A stretch of DNA of 64,000 nucleotides from a virus (lineage: Duplodnaviria > Caudoviricetes): positions 1 through 64,000 of the IMG/VR virus record IMGVR_UViG_3300044767_000023; one strand, written 5' to 3'. Below are positions 1-8,111 of this stretch, piece after piece (within the stretch, counting starts at the first letter, position 1; the number at the start of each line of letters is the position of its first letter). Under the pieces are notes generated by a model. It made no database searches and was not told the origin of the DNA. It saw nothing but the letters and a program-made list of their open reading frames with translations. A program made the position numbers and the translations under genes.

Positions 1-49
1 CCCAGCCTAAAGTCTAACTCAACTTTTTTGCCTGCCCCTGCATTTCGCT

Positions 50-80
50 GTTGACTTAGCCGCCCGTTGACTTAAGTAAG
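50..80 (+). promoter_or_regulatory. Putative early promoter/operator: GTTGACTTA-N7-GTTGACTTA (TTGACT as -35)
   Basis: GTTGACTTA at 50-58 and 66-74, inverse GTTGAGTTA at 15-23; upstream of AACGGAG SD and ATG at 122; same architecture recurs at 59368-59392 and 60302-60326. Confidence 0.6.
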
Positions 81-121
81 GGGGGCCGGCAGCAAGACCG
101 GCCAGAACGGAGTTCGCCGAA

Positions 122-1264
122 ATGCCCACTATTCGCCAATGGATGATTGAGTATAACCGGCTCGCCCAGATCGCGACTGCCCGCGGCCTCGGCGTCCGGG
201 AATATCGCAATCTTCGCGTTTCCAACGACGAAGCCCGCGCCCGGGTTGAGAGCCTCGCGGCTCGCCTCGGCACTCCCCTTCTCATCGGCTTCAACGCAGG
301 TCAGGTCCCGGACCCGGCCACGGTGCAGGCCCCGACCTTCACTCCGCGCATCCGCACCTTGCGCCCGCGTCGCAGCCGTCGGGTTCGCCACTCCTGGATC
401 TCTAACTTCGGCGCGCCGGCCCCGGCTCCGGCCCTCGCGATTGAGTATCCGGTCGAGCTCACGTTTGCCGACATGACCTACGGCGTCGAGATCGAATGCC
501 TGCCGCCGGCCAACATAGACAACATCACGATCGCCCGTAAGCTCACCGAGGCCGGCCTGCCCTGCCAAGCCGAGCACTACAACCACGGTCTTCGCTCGCA
601 CTGGAAGATCGTCTCGGACATGTCGGTCCAGGTCCAGGTCCGCAACCTTCCGCGCCATCGCGGCCAGTTTGAGCTCGTCTCGCCTCCGATGCGCGGCTCG
701 GATGTCGCCCGGCAGATTGAGATCGCAACTCGCGTCCTCGCCGAGATCGACGCCAAGGTGAATAACACCTGCGGCCTGCACGTCCACGTCGGCGTTGCGC
801 CCTCGATCGACAACGCGCCTTTCTTCCAGCGCCTCGTCAATATCATGTACGTCCACGATCGCCACTTCAACTCGATCGTGGCTCCGTCCCGGCGCGCCAA
901 CATGTTCTGCCGCGCGGTCCCGGCCGATCGCAAGATGCGAGTCGACCAACTCACCACGGTCGGCCAGATCATCAACACGATGGCCACCACCTCGAATGAT
1001 CGCTTCTGGAAACTGAACCTCGCCTCCTACTCTCGCCACCACACCGTCGAGTTTCGCCAGCACCAGGGCACCGTCGAGGCCGAAAAGATTATGAACTGGG
1101 TCCGGCTTTGCGCCGCGGTTGTTATCGCAGCGGCTAAGGGCAAGACCATCACCACCGTCGAAAACCTCGAGGGCTTCCTAGCCCAGATCGAGACCGGCGA
1201 GACCGAGACCGCCTTCTTAATCGCAAGGCGGGATCGGTTCGCCTCCACCAACGCAGCCTTCTAA
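122..1264 (+). CDS. Putative amidoligase (COOH-NH2 ligase, Amidoligase_2-like)
   Basis: Motifs TYGVEIEC, WKIVSDMSV, FELVSPP, NNTCGLHVHVG, TVEFRQHQGT. Confidence 0.85.
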   Translation: MPTIRQWMIEYNRLAQIATARGLGVREYRNLRVSNDEARARVESLAARLGTPLLIGFNAGQVPDPATVQAPTFTPRIRTLRPRRSRRVRHSWISNFGAPAPAPALAIEYPVELTFADMTYGVEIECLPPANIDNITIARKLTEAGLPCQAEHYNHGLRSHWKIVSDMSVQVQVRNLPRHRGQFELVSPPMRGSDVARQIEIATRVLAEIDAKVNNTCGLHVHVGVAPSIDNAPFFQRLVNIMYVHDRHFNSIVAPSRRANMFCRAVPADRKMRVDQLTTVGQIINTMATTSNDRFWKLNLASYSRHHTVEFRQHQGTVEAEKIMNWVRLCAAVVIAAAKGKTITTVENLEGFLAQIETGETETAFLIARRDRFASTNAAF

Positions 1265-1272
1265 ACCGGAGA

Positions 1273-1530
1273 ATGAAAATGACTAAGACCGAAACGAAAG
1301 TCTTCACCGTGCTCGACGAGAACGGGCACGAGTACACCGGAACGGCCAAGGAGATCGTGACCGAACTCCACGGCCTTTCCTTCTCCCCGGCGACGAGCGA
1401 TACCGCCTGGATGCGGGATGTCTCTGACCGGGCCTTTACCCAGACCGGCCACGACATCGACACGAGCTCGCCCGACGCGTTCATTGCCGGGATGGTGGAA
1501 GCCGGACTGTTGAAACCTTCGAAGGCTTGA
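1273..1530 (+). CDS. Hypothetical protein between amidoligase and GGCT
   Basis: 85 aa, CGGAG SD, tight packing. Confidence 0.7.
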   Translation: MKMTKTETKVFTVLDENGHEYTGTAKEIVTELHGLSFSPATSDTAWMRDVSDRAFTQTGHDIDTSSPDAFIAGMVEAGLLKPSKA

Positions 1531-1573
1531 GTTATATCTAGGCCTGCAACCCAACCTTAATCGAGTAAAGCAA

Positions 1574-2356
1574 ATGTCACGCCTCAAAGCCAAGCCCAAG
1601 AAGGAGGACAGGAACAGGTTCACCGGTGGTCGCAAGCCGGTGATCCTACATCCGGTCCCGGCGCGCCGATTTTATTTTAGCTATGGCTCCAACCTAAACG
1701 AGAAGCATATGTTGGCCCGTGCCACGAGCGCGCGCAAGGTCGGAGCCTTCAAGCTGCCCGGCTGGAAGCTGGTCTTTCGCCACGTTGCCGACATTGAGCA
1801 AGGTGACGAGACCGATCTTGTGGTCGGCGGCATTTGGGAAATCACGCCCGACGATGAGATCGTCCTCGATCGCTACGAGGGTGTCCGCTACGGCAAGTAT
1901 GGCCGGGACGGGGGCGGGAGCTATCGCAAGCTCTCCTTTCCCATTCTGACCAAGCGCGACAACGCGGTGCACGATGTCCTCGTGTACCAGATGAATCGGC
2001 AGGAAGGCGTGATGCCGCCCGGCAAGTGGTACTTGAATACGATCCGGCGCGGCTACGAGGACTTCGGCCTGGACGAGACCTACTTGGACGAGGCCGTCCG
2101 CTCCGCCTGGGAGCACAAGGAAGTGACCGAGGCCTTGCACGCGCGCTGGCTGCGGGCCGGACGGCAGGAGCTGGCAAGGATGCCCGAGCCGGTGCAGTCC
2201 GTGATCGAGTTGCCGTTCCTAGACGTAGATAAAGGCGAGGGGCTCCCGGCCGACGCCGAGCCGGTCGAGGTGCCGCAAGCCGAGCCTGCAAAGCTGGAGC
2301 AAAGCGAGGATAACAGCGAAAAGGATTTGCCTGCCCCGGCCGATGCCGGTAAGTGA
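1574..2356 (+). CDS. Gamma-glutamylcyclotransferase (AIG2-like) family protein with acidic C-terminal tail
   Basis: YFSYGSNL, LVFRHVADI, LDRYEGV, YLNTIRRGYEDFGL motifs. Confidence 0.85.
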   Translation: MSRLKAKPKKEDRNRFTGGRKPVILHPVPARRFYFSYGSNLNEKHMLARATSARKVGAFKLPGWKLVFRHVADIEQGDETDLVVGGIWEITPDDEIVLDRYEGVRYGKYGRDGGGSYRKLSFPILTKRDNAVHDVLVYQMNRQEGVMPPGKWYLNTIRRGYEDFGLDETYLDEAVRSAWEHKEVTEALHARWLRAGRQELARMPEPVQSVIELPFLDVDKGEGLPADAEPVEVPQAEPAKLEQSEDNSEKDLPAPADAGK

Positions 2357-2385
2357 TCTGTCCCTAGTCCCAAACGGAGAGCGCT

Positions 2386-2781
2386 ATGCCTGAGAAAATC
2401 ACCGAACTGACGGCCGAGGCCATTCGCAAGTCTGGCCTCGAGACCGCCGAGAACATTCGCTCCTACGCCAAGAAGGTCCGCGAGGAAAGCGAGTCGATGG
2501 CGAAGTATGCCGACGAGGTGGCTAATGCTGTCATCACGGCCAGCTCGCACGCGGCCGATCGGATCGCCGGATATCTGCAGCGCTGCGAGGATGCCCGCGC
2601 GGCCTTCCAGCAGCACGAGGCCTTGCTGACCTCGCTCCCGGAGGTCGAAGAGAAGCCGGAGAAGGAGAAGCCGGAGAAGGAGCCGGCAGGACGGCCTACG
2701 GCTGCCATCCCATTCAACATGGCCGATCTGGAGCGCTCCTTGGATGCGATGGCGCATCCGGACCCGAGGCCGCCACGATGA
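2386..2781 (+). CDS. Hypothetical helical/coiled-coil protein
   Basis: 131 aa, AACGGAG SD, EKPEK repeats, ATGA overlap with next gene. Confidence 0.7.
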   Translation: MPEKITELTAEAIRKSGLETAENIRSYAKKVREESESMAKYADEVANAVITASSHAADRIAGYLQRCEDARAAFQQHEALLTSLPEVEEKPEKEKPEKEPAGRPTAAIPFNMADLERSLDAMAHPDPRPPR

Positions 2782-3200
2782 TGCAGGTCTTCCTAATTGA
2801 TTCCGAGGCCCGTACCGTCGATGCGATGGACGTCAAGGCGGTGCAGGACGCCTACGGACCAATCGGCTTAAACCGGGCGCAGGTTGACCACGGCTCGGTG
2901 GCCGTCGATCAGATTACCGGCCATCGCCTCGCCATCGTGGTGCATGAGTTCTCGCTTTTTGTCCCACCCACCGAGCAGACTTACTTTTCCATCGGCGCCA
3001 ATCTTTATGCCGGCGATGCCGTTCTGTACGAGACCGACCGCAGCGGGGAAACCGTGAGCCTGATTACGCCACCCGAGATCATGTTCTATCGCTCGCATGT
3101 CGAGGTGGAGCAGGCCATCGTCCGCGGTGAAATCCGCCGACCGCAGACGGCGATAAATGGCGAGGTGGTTTGGAGTTGGCCGCCAGCGAGGAAAAGATAA
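2778..3200 (+). CDS. Hypothetical phage protein
   Basis: 140 aa, translationally coupled to neighbours. Confidence 0.7.
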   Translation: MMQVFLIDSEARTVDAMDVKAVQDAYGPIGLNRAQVDHGSVAVDQITGHRLAIVVHEFSLFVPPTEQTYFSIGANLYAGDAVLYETDRSGETVSLITPPEIMFYRSHVEVEQAIVRGEIRRPQTAINGEVVWSWPPARKR

Positions 3201-3358
3201 TGCCCGGTGCACGGCAGTGGGAATACAAAACGATGTCGGCCGCCGAGCCAACCGCCAACAAAGCGCAACTCGACGAGTTCGGAATGGATGGCTGGCTATT
3301 GGTGCAAGTCTATCAGTGGGCGGGAAGTTGGATCTATATTTTCGTGCGGGAAATTTGA
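3200..3358 (+). CDS. DUF4177-like small protein
   Basis: MPGARQWEYKT...LDEFGMDGWLLV...YIFVRE pattern; TAATG coupling. Confidence 0.65.
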   Translation: MPGARQWEYKTMSAAEPTANKAQLDEFGMDGWLLVQVYQWAGSWIYIFVREI

Positions 3359-3371
3359 GAGGAAGAAAGAA

Positions 3372-3617
3372 ATGAGCGACCAAGCTTGCGACCCGGTAAG
3401 TACCCGCGATGCGCTAATCGGCGCCTTCGAAAGTGTGTTCGAAGATGCCAGTGACCACAGCTTGCAGGACTTGAGCGCGGCGATCCTGTCCTACACCAAC
3501 AAAAATCCCATTGCGGCGAACCGCTCCAAACTGATGAAGGCCTTGATGGACGCAGCGATCTCCGAGCTCGGTTATCGCCAGGAGATGGAAATTCAAACCA
3601 AAGGAACAATGACATGA
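3372..3617 (+). CDS. Hypothetical protein
   Basis: Start at MSDQACD after GAGGAAG; ATGA overlap with next gene. Confidence 0.6.
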   Translation: MSDQACDPVSTRDALIGAFESVFEDASDHSLQDLSAAILSYTNKNPIAANRSKLMKALMDAAISELGYRQEMEIQTKGTMT

Positions 3618-3877
3618 CTAAAATAACAATCGCGATTGCAGCCTTGGCGCTGCTCACGACCTCGGCCTCGGCGCAGCAGACCGTCATCCGCGATGCCGGT
3701 GGCCGCACGATCGGAACCGCCAGCACCGACAGTCAAGGCACCACCGTGTTTCGCGATGCGGGCGGCCGGACTACCGGGACGGCTTCACCCAGCAATCAAG
3801 GCAGCGCCGGGACTACCACCACCTTCCGCGACAGTCGCGGATCGACTACCGGCACCGCCTCGAGGCCACGCCAATGA
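3614..3877 (+). CDS. Small secreted protein with three T(V/T)xRDxxGxTxGTAS repeats
   Basis: Signal peptide ending ASA; internal repeats. Confidence 0.75.
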   Translation: MTKITIAIAALALLTTSASAQQTVIRDAGGRTIGTASTDSQGTTVFRDAGGRTTGTASPSNQGSAGTTTTFRDSRGSTTGTASRPRQ

Positions 3878-4155
3878 GTGCCGACATCACAACGCTTTCC
3901 AAGCTCGCGGACAAGTTGGAGATGGACGCCCGTGCACTCAATGGGCTTAATCCATCAGCGATGGCCTCGATTGCTTTTATCATACGGGACGCAATCGGAG
4001 CGCCGCTGATGTGGCCCAGCCGGGTCGCAGGCGCAGACGCCGCCTCCGATTACTATCCCGGCCATCCCGACCTGCGGCATGGGTTCAATGCCGGAGTAAA
4101 ATGGGCGGTGGAACACTACCACCCGACCATCAAAGTGGAGCCTAGATTTCGATGA
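3874..4155 (+). CDS. Hypothetical protein
   Basis: 93 aa, ATGA overlaps on both sides. Confidence 0.65.
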   Translation: MSADITTLSKLADKLEMDARALNGLNPSAMASIAFIIRDAIGAPLMWPSRVAGADAASDYYPGHPDLRHGFNAGVKWAVEHYHPTIKVEPRFR

Positions 4156-4796
4156 CCAAGATAATCCAGTTCCCGCGCGGCGCGCGTTGGCGCAGCTCGC
4201 CACCTACGCAGCCGAAGTACGAGCCGCTGCCCGGATCCGACGAGGAAACCGCCGAGCTGCTGGAAGCTTACCAGCATGAGCTCAGGGAGATGCGGCGGTT
4301 GCGCCGCCGGGCCGAGTACCTCGCCGGCATGGCTTTGGTCGCGTCCATAATCTCGCTCGTAATCCGTTTCATCTGGATGACGATCTGCCTGCTGCCCCTG
4401 ATTTTCCTTTTGTGGCTTTTCTTCACCGTCGCCTCGCACGCAGGCCCGATTGGGCAGGTCGTCCACAACGGCTCACTGATGACCATGACCCAGACGCCGG
4501 GAGGAATGGTGGTGCGGTATGCGCAGCCGCGGCCGGACCTCTTCGGCCTTGTCCTGCCCGGCACCTTGCTCGTCGAAGGCCGATGGGTGGGACCGCCGCC
4601 GCAAATGTTTGTCGGGACGGCGTTTGTATTCTCCAGTCTTTGCGGGCCTATTCCTTACCCAGTCCGCGGTACTGTTGACCAGTCGCAAGCGCTTATGCTA
4701 TTTGGGGCAGCTCCGCAGTTCGATACCGCTTGCCGCATCCTGGGGTACAGCATAGAAAGTCAGCAGGCGGTGTTACGCTTCGAGCCAGTGAAGTAA
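4152..4796 (+). CDS. Membrane-anchored/exported hypothetical protein
   Basis: Hydrophobic segments, then VVHNGSLM...VRYAQPRP...PGTLLVEG and a Cys pair. Confidence 0.7.
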   Translation: MTKIIQFPRGARWRSSPPTQPKYEPLPGSDEETAELLEAYQHELREMRRLRRRAEYLAGMALVASIISLVIRFIWMTICLLPLIFLLWLFFTVASHAGPIGQVVHNGSLMTMTQTPGGMVVRYAQPRPDLFGLVLPGTLLVEGRWVGPPPQMFVGTAFVFSSLCGPIPYPVRGTVDQSQALMLFGAAPQFDTACRILGYSIESQQAVLRFEPVK

Positions 4797-4821
4797 ATCG
4801 CAGCAAGAAGGGACGATTGCT

Positions 4822-5271
4822 ATGCCTAAAGACCAAGCACTATTCCGCGTGGAGTTCTTCATCACTGCCGACAAGCTCGGCAAGGTTCTCTGGCTGCTAG
4901 CCGGGGATGCTCTCAACCTAACCCAGCAGCCGGTCATCAATGCTCGCCAGAAAAAAGACGGCGCGCTGGTTCCTCGCACCAACGGTGACGAGCTAGTCGA
5001 GCTGTTCCGGCAATGGGTCAATAATAGAAAGCTCGGCGAGGTCAACTCCGACCTTGCGCGCGAGTTCTGCAAGAAGCATGGCCGAGCGGAAGGCAGCTAC
5101 AGCGTGCTCCTTTCCAAGTCGGCCGAGCTAGGCTATCTCAAGAATGTCGGCAATGGCCTCCACAGCAAATGGAAGGTACTGGGCAAGCGCGTCGCGCCGA
5201 AGCGAAAGGTCAAGCGCCGGCCTATTGCCCGCAAGCCCGCCCTCAAAGTTGTAGGTGGCGCCAATGGCTAA
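4822..5271 (+). CDS. Hypothetical basic protein (possible DNA-binding)
   Basis: 149 aa, Lys/Arg-rich C-terminus. Confidence 0.65.
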   Translation: MPKDQALFRVEFFITADKLGKVLWLLAGDALNLTQQPVINARQKKDGALVPRTNGDELVELFRQWVNNRKLGEVNSDLAREFCKKHGRAEGSYSVLLSKSAELGYLKNVGNGLHSKWKVLGKRVAPKRKVKRRPIARKPALKVVGGANG

Positions 5272-5542
5272 GCGCACGAATGGCCACGGACTCAAGCTGT
5301 ACGCAAGTTATAGCTTCCGCTCCAAGGACCCGGTCATCGACGAGCTGCGCACCCGCACCGAAGATTTTTTCGGTCATCGCGTCACTCGCAAAGACCTGCA
5401 CGAAGTCGAACTCAAGGGCGGCCCGACGACCGGCTGCATGCATGCTTGGTATTTCGGGATCACCAAGCGACCGACCTCGGCTGCGATCGAGGCTGCCGGA
5501 CGTGCCATCGGCTACGAGCGAAAGTGGGTTAAAATGCGATGA
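5264..5542 (+). CDS. Possible HTH (XRE-like) protein
   Basis: GPTTGCMHAWYFGITKRPTSAAIEAAGRAIG resembles an HTH_3 recognition region. Confidence 0.5.
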   Translation: MAKRTNGHGLKLYASYSFRSKDPVIDELRTRTEDFFGHRVTRKDLHEVELKGGPTTGCMHAWYFGITKRPTSAAIEAAGRAIGYERKWVKMR

Positions 5543-5736
5543 AGAAACCCGAGCGCACGGCCCAGTGGGACGATTGGGTAAAGACCTGCGGCGAGCCGAC
5601 CGTATGGTGTGGCTTCGATTGGCCGGAGATTATCGAAACCTACGTTGTGCTGCCGCAGTCAGTTTGTCGTTACCCGGATTGCGATGGTGGGCCCGCGACG
5701 GGCTACTGTCATGTCGATTGCCGAGTGAAGCCATGA
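5539..5736 (+). CDS. Small Cys-rich hypothetical (array member)
   Basis: Starts MKKPERTA, ends VKP inside the repeat. Confidence 0.6.
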   Translation: MKKPERTAQWDDWVKTCGEPTVWCGFDWPEIIETYVVLPQSVCRYPDCDGGPATGYCHVDCRVKP

Positions 5737-5876
5737 CCGAGCGCGCGGCCTACCCCGAGGAAGTCAAGTTTTGGCTTGGCACACGCGAGCCGACGCTATG
5801 GGTCTACGCGCCCCCGTGGGGCGGCTACGGGCTACATCGCTACGGTTATGTAGTGTATCCGGCGGAGAACAGGTGA
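5733..5876 (+). CDS. Small hypothetical, 47 aa (array member)
   Basis: MTERAAYPEEVKFW...AENR; starts and stops within repeats. Confidence 0.6.
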   Translation: MTERAAYPEEVKFWLGTREPTLWVYAPPWGGYGLHRYGYVVYPAENR

Positions 5877-5880
5877 AGCC

Positions 5881-6138
5881 ATGACCGAGCACACGGCCGA
5901 TCCGACCAACTTCCGCAGGGAGCGTATCGAAAAGCTCTTGCACGAACTGCGCTACGAGGTGGAGCGCGGAATGCTTGAAATGGACATTGGTGAAACCATG
6001 GGCTTTCGGTTCTATGTGCCGCTGTGCCGCGCGATCCCCGATGGCGTGGTGTTTTGCGAGTTCCGCACGCGCCCAGTGCCGCGCCATTACATGAGCCCAG
6101 ACGACATCCAACCACGTTTACGGTTGGTGAAGCCATGA
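5881..6138 (+). CDS. Small hypothetical (array member)
   Basis: MTEHTA...LVKP; repeat-bounded. Confidence 0.65.
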   Translation: MTEHTADPTNFRRERIEKLLHELRYEVERGMLEMDIGETMGFRFYVPLCRAIPDGVVFCEFRTRPVPRHYMSPDDIQPRLRLVKP

Positions 6139-6347
6139 CCGAGCGCACGGCCTTGAAGTTACTCTGTTTAATAAATTTGCATCGCTGGCAATACGTCGAA
6201 GACATATGGGGTAGTTTCGGCATGGGGCTGGAAAAATTCGAAGTCTTCAAATGCCGTCGATGCGGGGTGCATACCGACCGGTTGAAAGATGATCGACACA
6301 ATCTCGACCGCGCCAAGATGCTATATCGTTGGTGGAAGAAGCCATGA
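6135..6347 (+). CDS. Small Zn-finger-like (DUF1660-like) protein (array member)
   Basis: MTERTALKLLCLINLHRW...CRRCG...KKP. Confidence 0.6.
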   Translation: MTERTALKLLCLINLHRWQYVEDIWGSFGMGLEKFEVFKCRRCGVHTDRLKDDRHNLDRAKMLYRWWKKP

Positions 6348-6414
6348 CCGAGCGCGCGGCCTACCCCGAGGAAGGTGGCTAACTTTTAGGCTTTGAAAGA
6401 AGGAAGGAAAACGG

Positions 6415-6672
6415 ATGGCTAAGACCGACAAGGTGGCTAGGATTATCTGGATCCAAGTTTCGGAGAACGGCCAGCGGACTTGGGTCAACACCAGCAAGCT
6501 TCGCAGCATCCAGGATATGAAGTCCCATTGCGTCTTGGTGTTCAACACCAAGCACAAGATCGAAACCGACAATACGCTGGAGGAAGTCCTGCTCGCGATG
6601 GGATATCCGCAGCCGGCTCGGCCGCCGCTCGAGTCCCACGAGATCGAAGCCATGCAGGAGGTCGATGCGTGA
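6415..6672 (+). CDS. Hypothetical protein
   Basis: 85 aa, AAGGA SD. Confidence 0.65.
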   Translation: MAKTDKVARIIWIQVSENGQRTWVNTSKLRSIQDMKSHCVLVFNTKHKIETDNTLEEVLLAMGYPQPARPPLESHEIEAMQEVDA

Positions 6673-6896
6673 CGGACGAGCAGAAGATACTGGCTGGACG
6701 GATCATCAAAGTCGTCCAGCTTTGCGGCGAGCCCGGCATGGACGAGATCGCCGTCAAGCTCAACTGCGGCCTGACCTACGACGAGCAACAGCACGCCAGG
6801 AGATGGGCCTTCGCCTTCGAACTGGCGCAGAAGGGCGGCAAGCTTTTCGATCTTGCGGCCGAGCTAAACGAGGCCGACAAGCTTAGGCGTTACTGA
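6669..6896 (+). CDS. Hypothetical protein
   Basis: GTG start (MTDEQKILAG) overlapping the previous TGA. Confidence 0.6.
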   Translation: MTDEQKILAGRIIKVVQLCGEPGMDEIAVKLNCGLTYDEQQHARRWAFAFELAQKGGKLFDLAAELNEADKLRRY

Positions 6897-7099
6897 TGAA
6901 GACGCTCGGTGACTATCGCGATGCCTGCGTTGCGCTCGCGGGCGAGGATTGCGACGCGGTACGGTTCCTCGATAAAAAGATTGCAGCTCAAGGTCGCGAT
7001 ATGACGGTCATCGCGCCTGAGTCGCAGATGTGGCTTTTGCTGGCGACGATGATGCCGCCACTCAAGCCGCAAGCGCCGCCGCTTTGCCCGGAGGAATGA
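6896..7099 (+). CDS. Hypothetical protein
   Basis: 67 aa, TGATG coupling. Confidence 0.6.
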   Translation: MKTLGDYRDACVALAGEDCDAVRFLDKKIAAQGRDMTVIAPESQMWLLLATMMPPLKPQAPPLCPEE

Positions 7100-7150
7100 C
7101 GTCGCGAAAGGGCGGCGGTATTTAGGGAGGGGTAGGGGAAAGGGGACGAG

Positions 7151-7232
7151 CCGCTAGGAGGGCCTAGGGCGAGGTTTTAGGGGCAGGCCTAGGTAGACCT
7201 AGCGGGTCGCCCCTAAAAAGGCCTAGGCGAGG
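7151..7232. repeat. CCTAGG-rich nested imperfect palindrome (copy 1 of 3)
   Basis: GCCTAGG..TTTTAGGGGC..CTAGGT-AG-ACCTAG..GCCCCTAAAA..CCTAGGC in a non-coding gap. Confidence 0.75.
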
Positions 7233-7298
7233 CCCCGGACCGGCCGGGACGGGGGTTCAGGCTAAGGATGAAGGCCCCGGAAACGGGCGGGGGGCAAA

Positions 7299-8111
7299 GT
7301 GCAGGTCATCGACAAAATCAGGGACGATCTAGCTTACCGGCTCCCGGGCGGGGGCAAGCTCGCCGTAGTGATTCTTTCACGGGAGCAGGCTGAGAACCTA
7401 GTCGCGGAATGGGACGAGCTCGCAACGCCGGAGGGGCCTAGCATGTCTGAGCGCATAGTACTCTGGATCGTGTCGGCAGCGCTTGCGCTCGCGATCATCA
7501 TCATCCTCACCATCTCATACGGTCGCACGGCCGAGCTGATGGAGTGTAGCTCCCGGAAAAGCGGCGACGGCTATTGGTCGTGGCGCGAAGTGGACGGCCG
7601 GCGCTGCTGGTACCCAGGTCGCCCCGGCAAGAGCAAAACAGAACTGCACTGGTCTCGTATGCCAACACCCCAGGACGCGAAGCCAGTTGCGGTGGAGCGG
7701 CCCGGTGCCATCGTCCCGGCGCCGGGTCCGCTTTCCACCGGAGAGGAGGTGGTGCAGGATGGAGGACGACGAACCTCACATAACAACTTGCCCGCGTCTT
7801 CCGAGGCGCGGGCATTAACGCCCGAGGAAGAGCAACTGCTGACCACCTACTGGCCGGACCTAGCCGAGCTCGAGAAGTCGGTCGGGTTGAAACCACGCGA
7901 GCTCCCGCCCCTGCCCCCGTTCGAGCCGCTCCGCATCACTGCGCCGAAACAAAAGTCATCAAGTTGGAGTTGGTTGTGGGTCTTCCTGGTTCCTGCAGGC
8001 TATATTAGTTTCGTTCTGGCTCGGTCTAAATGGAGAGAACGGAAGGTGGTGCGCCATGTCGATCTTTTCGCGGATCGGAAAACTATTCAAGCAGATGGTG
8101 GCTTGGTTTAG
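7299..8111 (+). CDS. Membrane protein with Cys/Trp periplasmic motif (start uncertain)
   Basis: TM segment, CSSRKSGDGYWSWREVDGRRCWYPG, Pro-rich linker, second TM. Confidence 0.6.
   Translation: MQVIDKIRDDLAYRLPGGGKLAVVILSREQAENLVAEWDELATPEGPSMSERIVLWIVSAALALAIIIILTISYGRTAELMECSSRKSGDGYWSWREVDGRRCWYPGRPGKSKTELHWSRMPTPQDAKPVAVERPGAIVPAPGPLSTGEEVVQDGGRRTSHNNLPASSEARALTPEEEQLLTTYWPDLAELEKSVGLKPRELPPLPPFEPLRITAPKQKSSSWSWLWVFLVPAGYISFVLARSKWRERKVVRHVDLFADRKTIQADGGLV

Larger units (their letters stand above)
5725..6374 (+). repeat. Four direct repeats (GT)GAAGCCATGACCGAGC(G/A)C(G/A)CGGCC at gene junctions
   Basis: Copies at 5725-5750, 5873-5898, 6127-6152, 6338-6361; 5727-5763 and 6338-6374 are identical over 37 bp. 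Confidence 0.95.

Noticed and set aside
56-1063. Long antisense ORFs (also 16628-17617, 27379-28398, 31213-32595, 37011-37982, 38043-39089, 47103-48149, 58474-59370)
   Set aside because: Shadow frames opposite well-supported genes, expected from high-GC codon bias; no motifs
5725-6374. Direct repeats as a CRISPR array
   Set aside because: Spacing is 148-254 bp and irregular, the intervals are ORFs, the repeats are not palindromic and no cas genes are present
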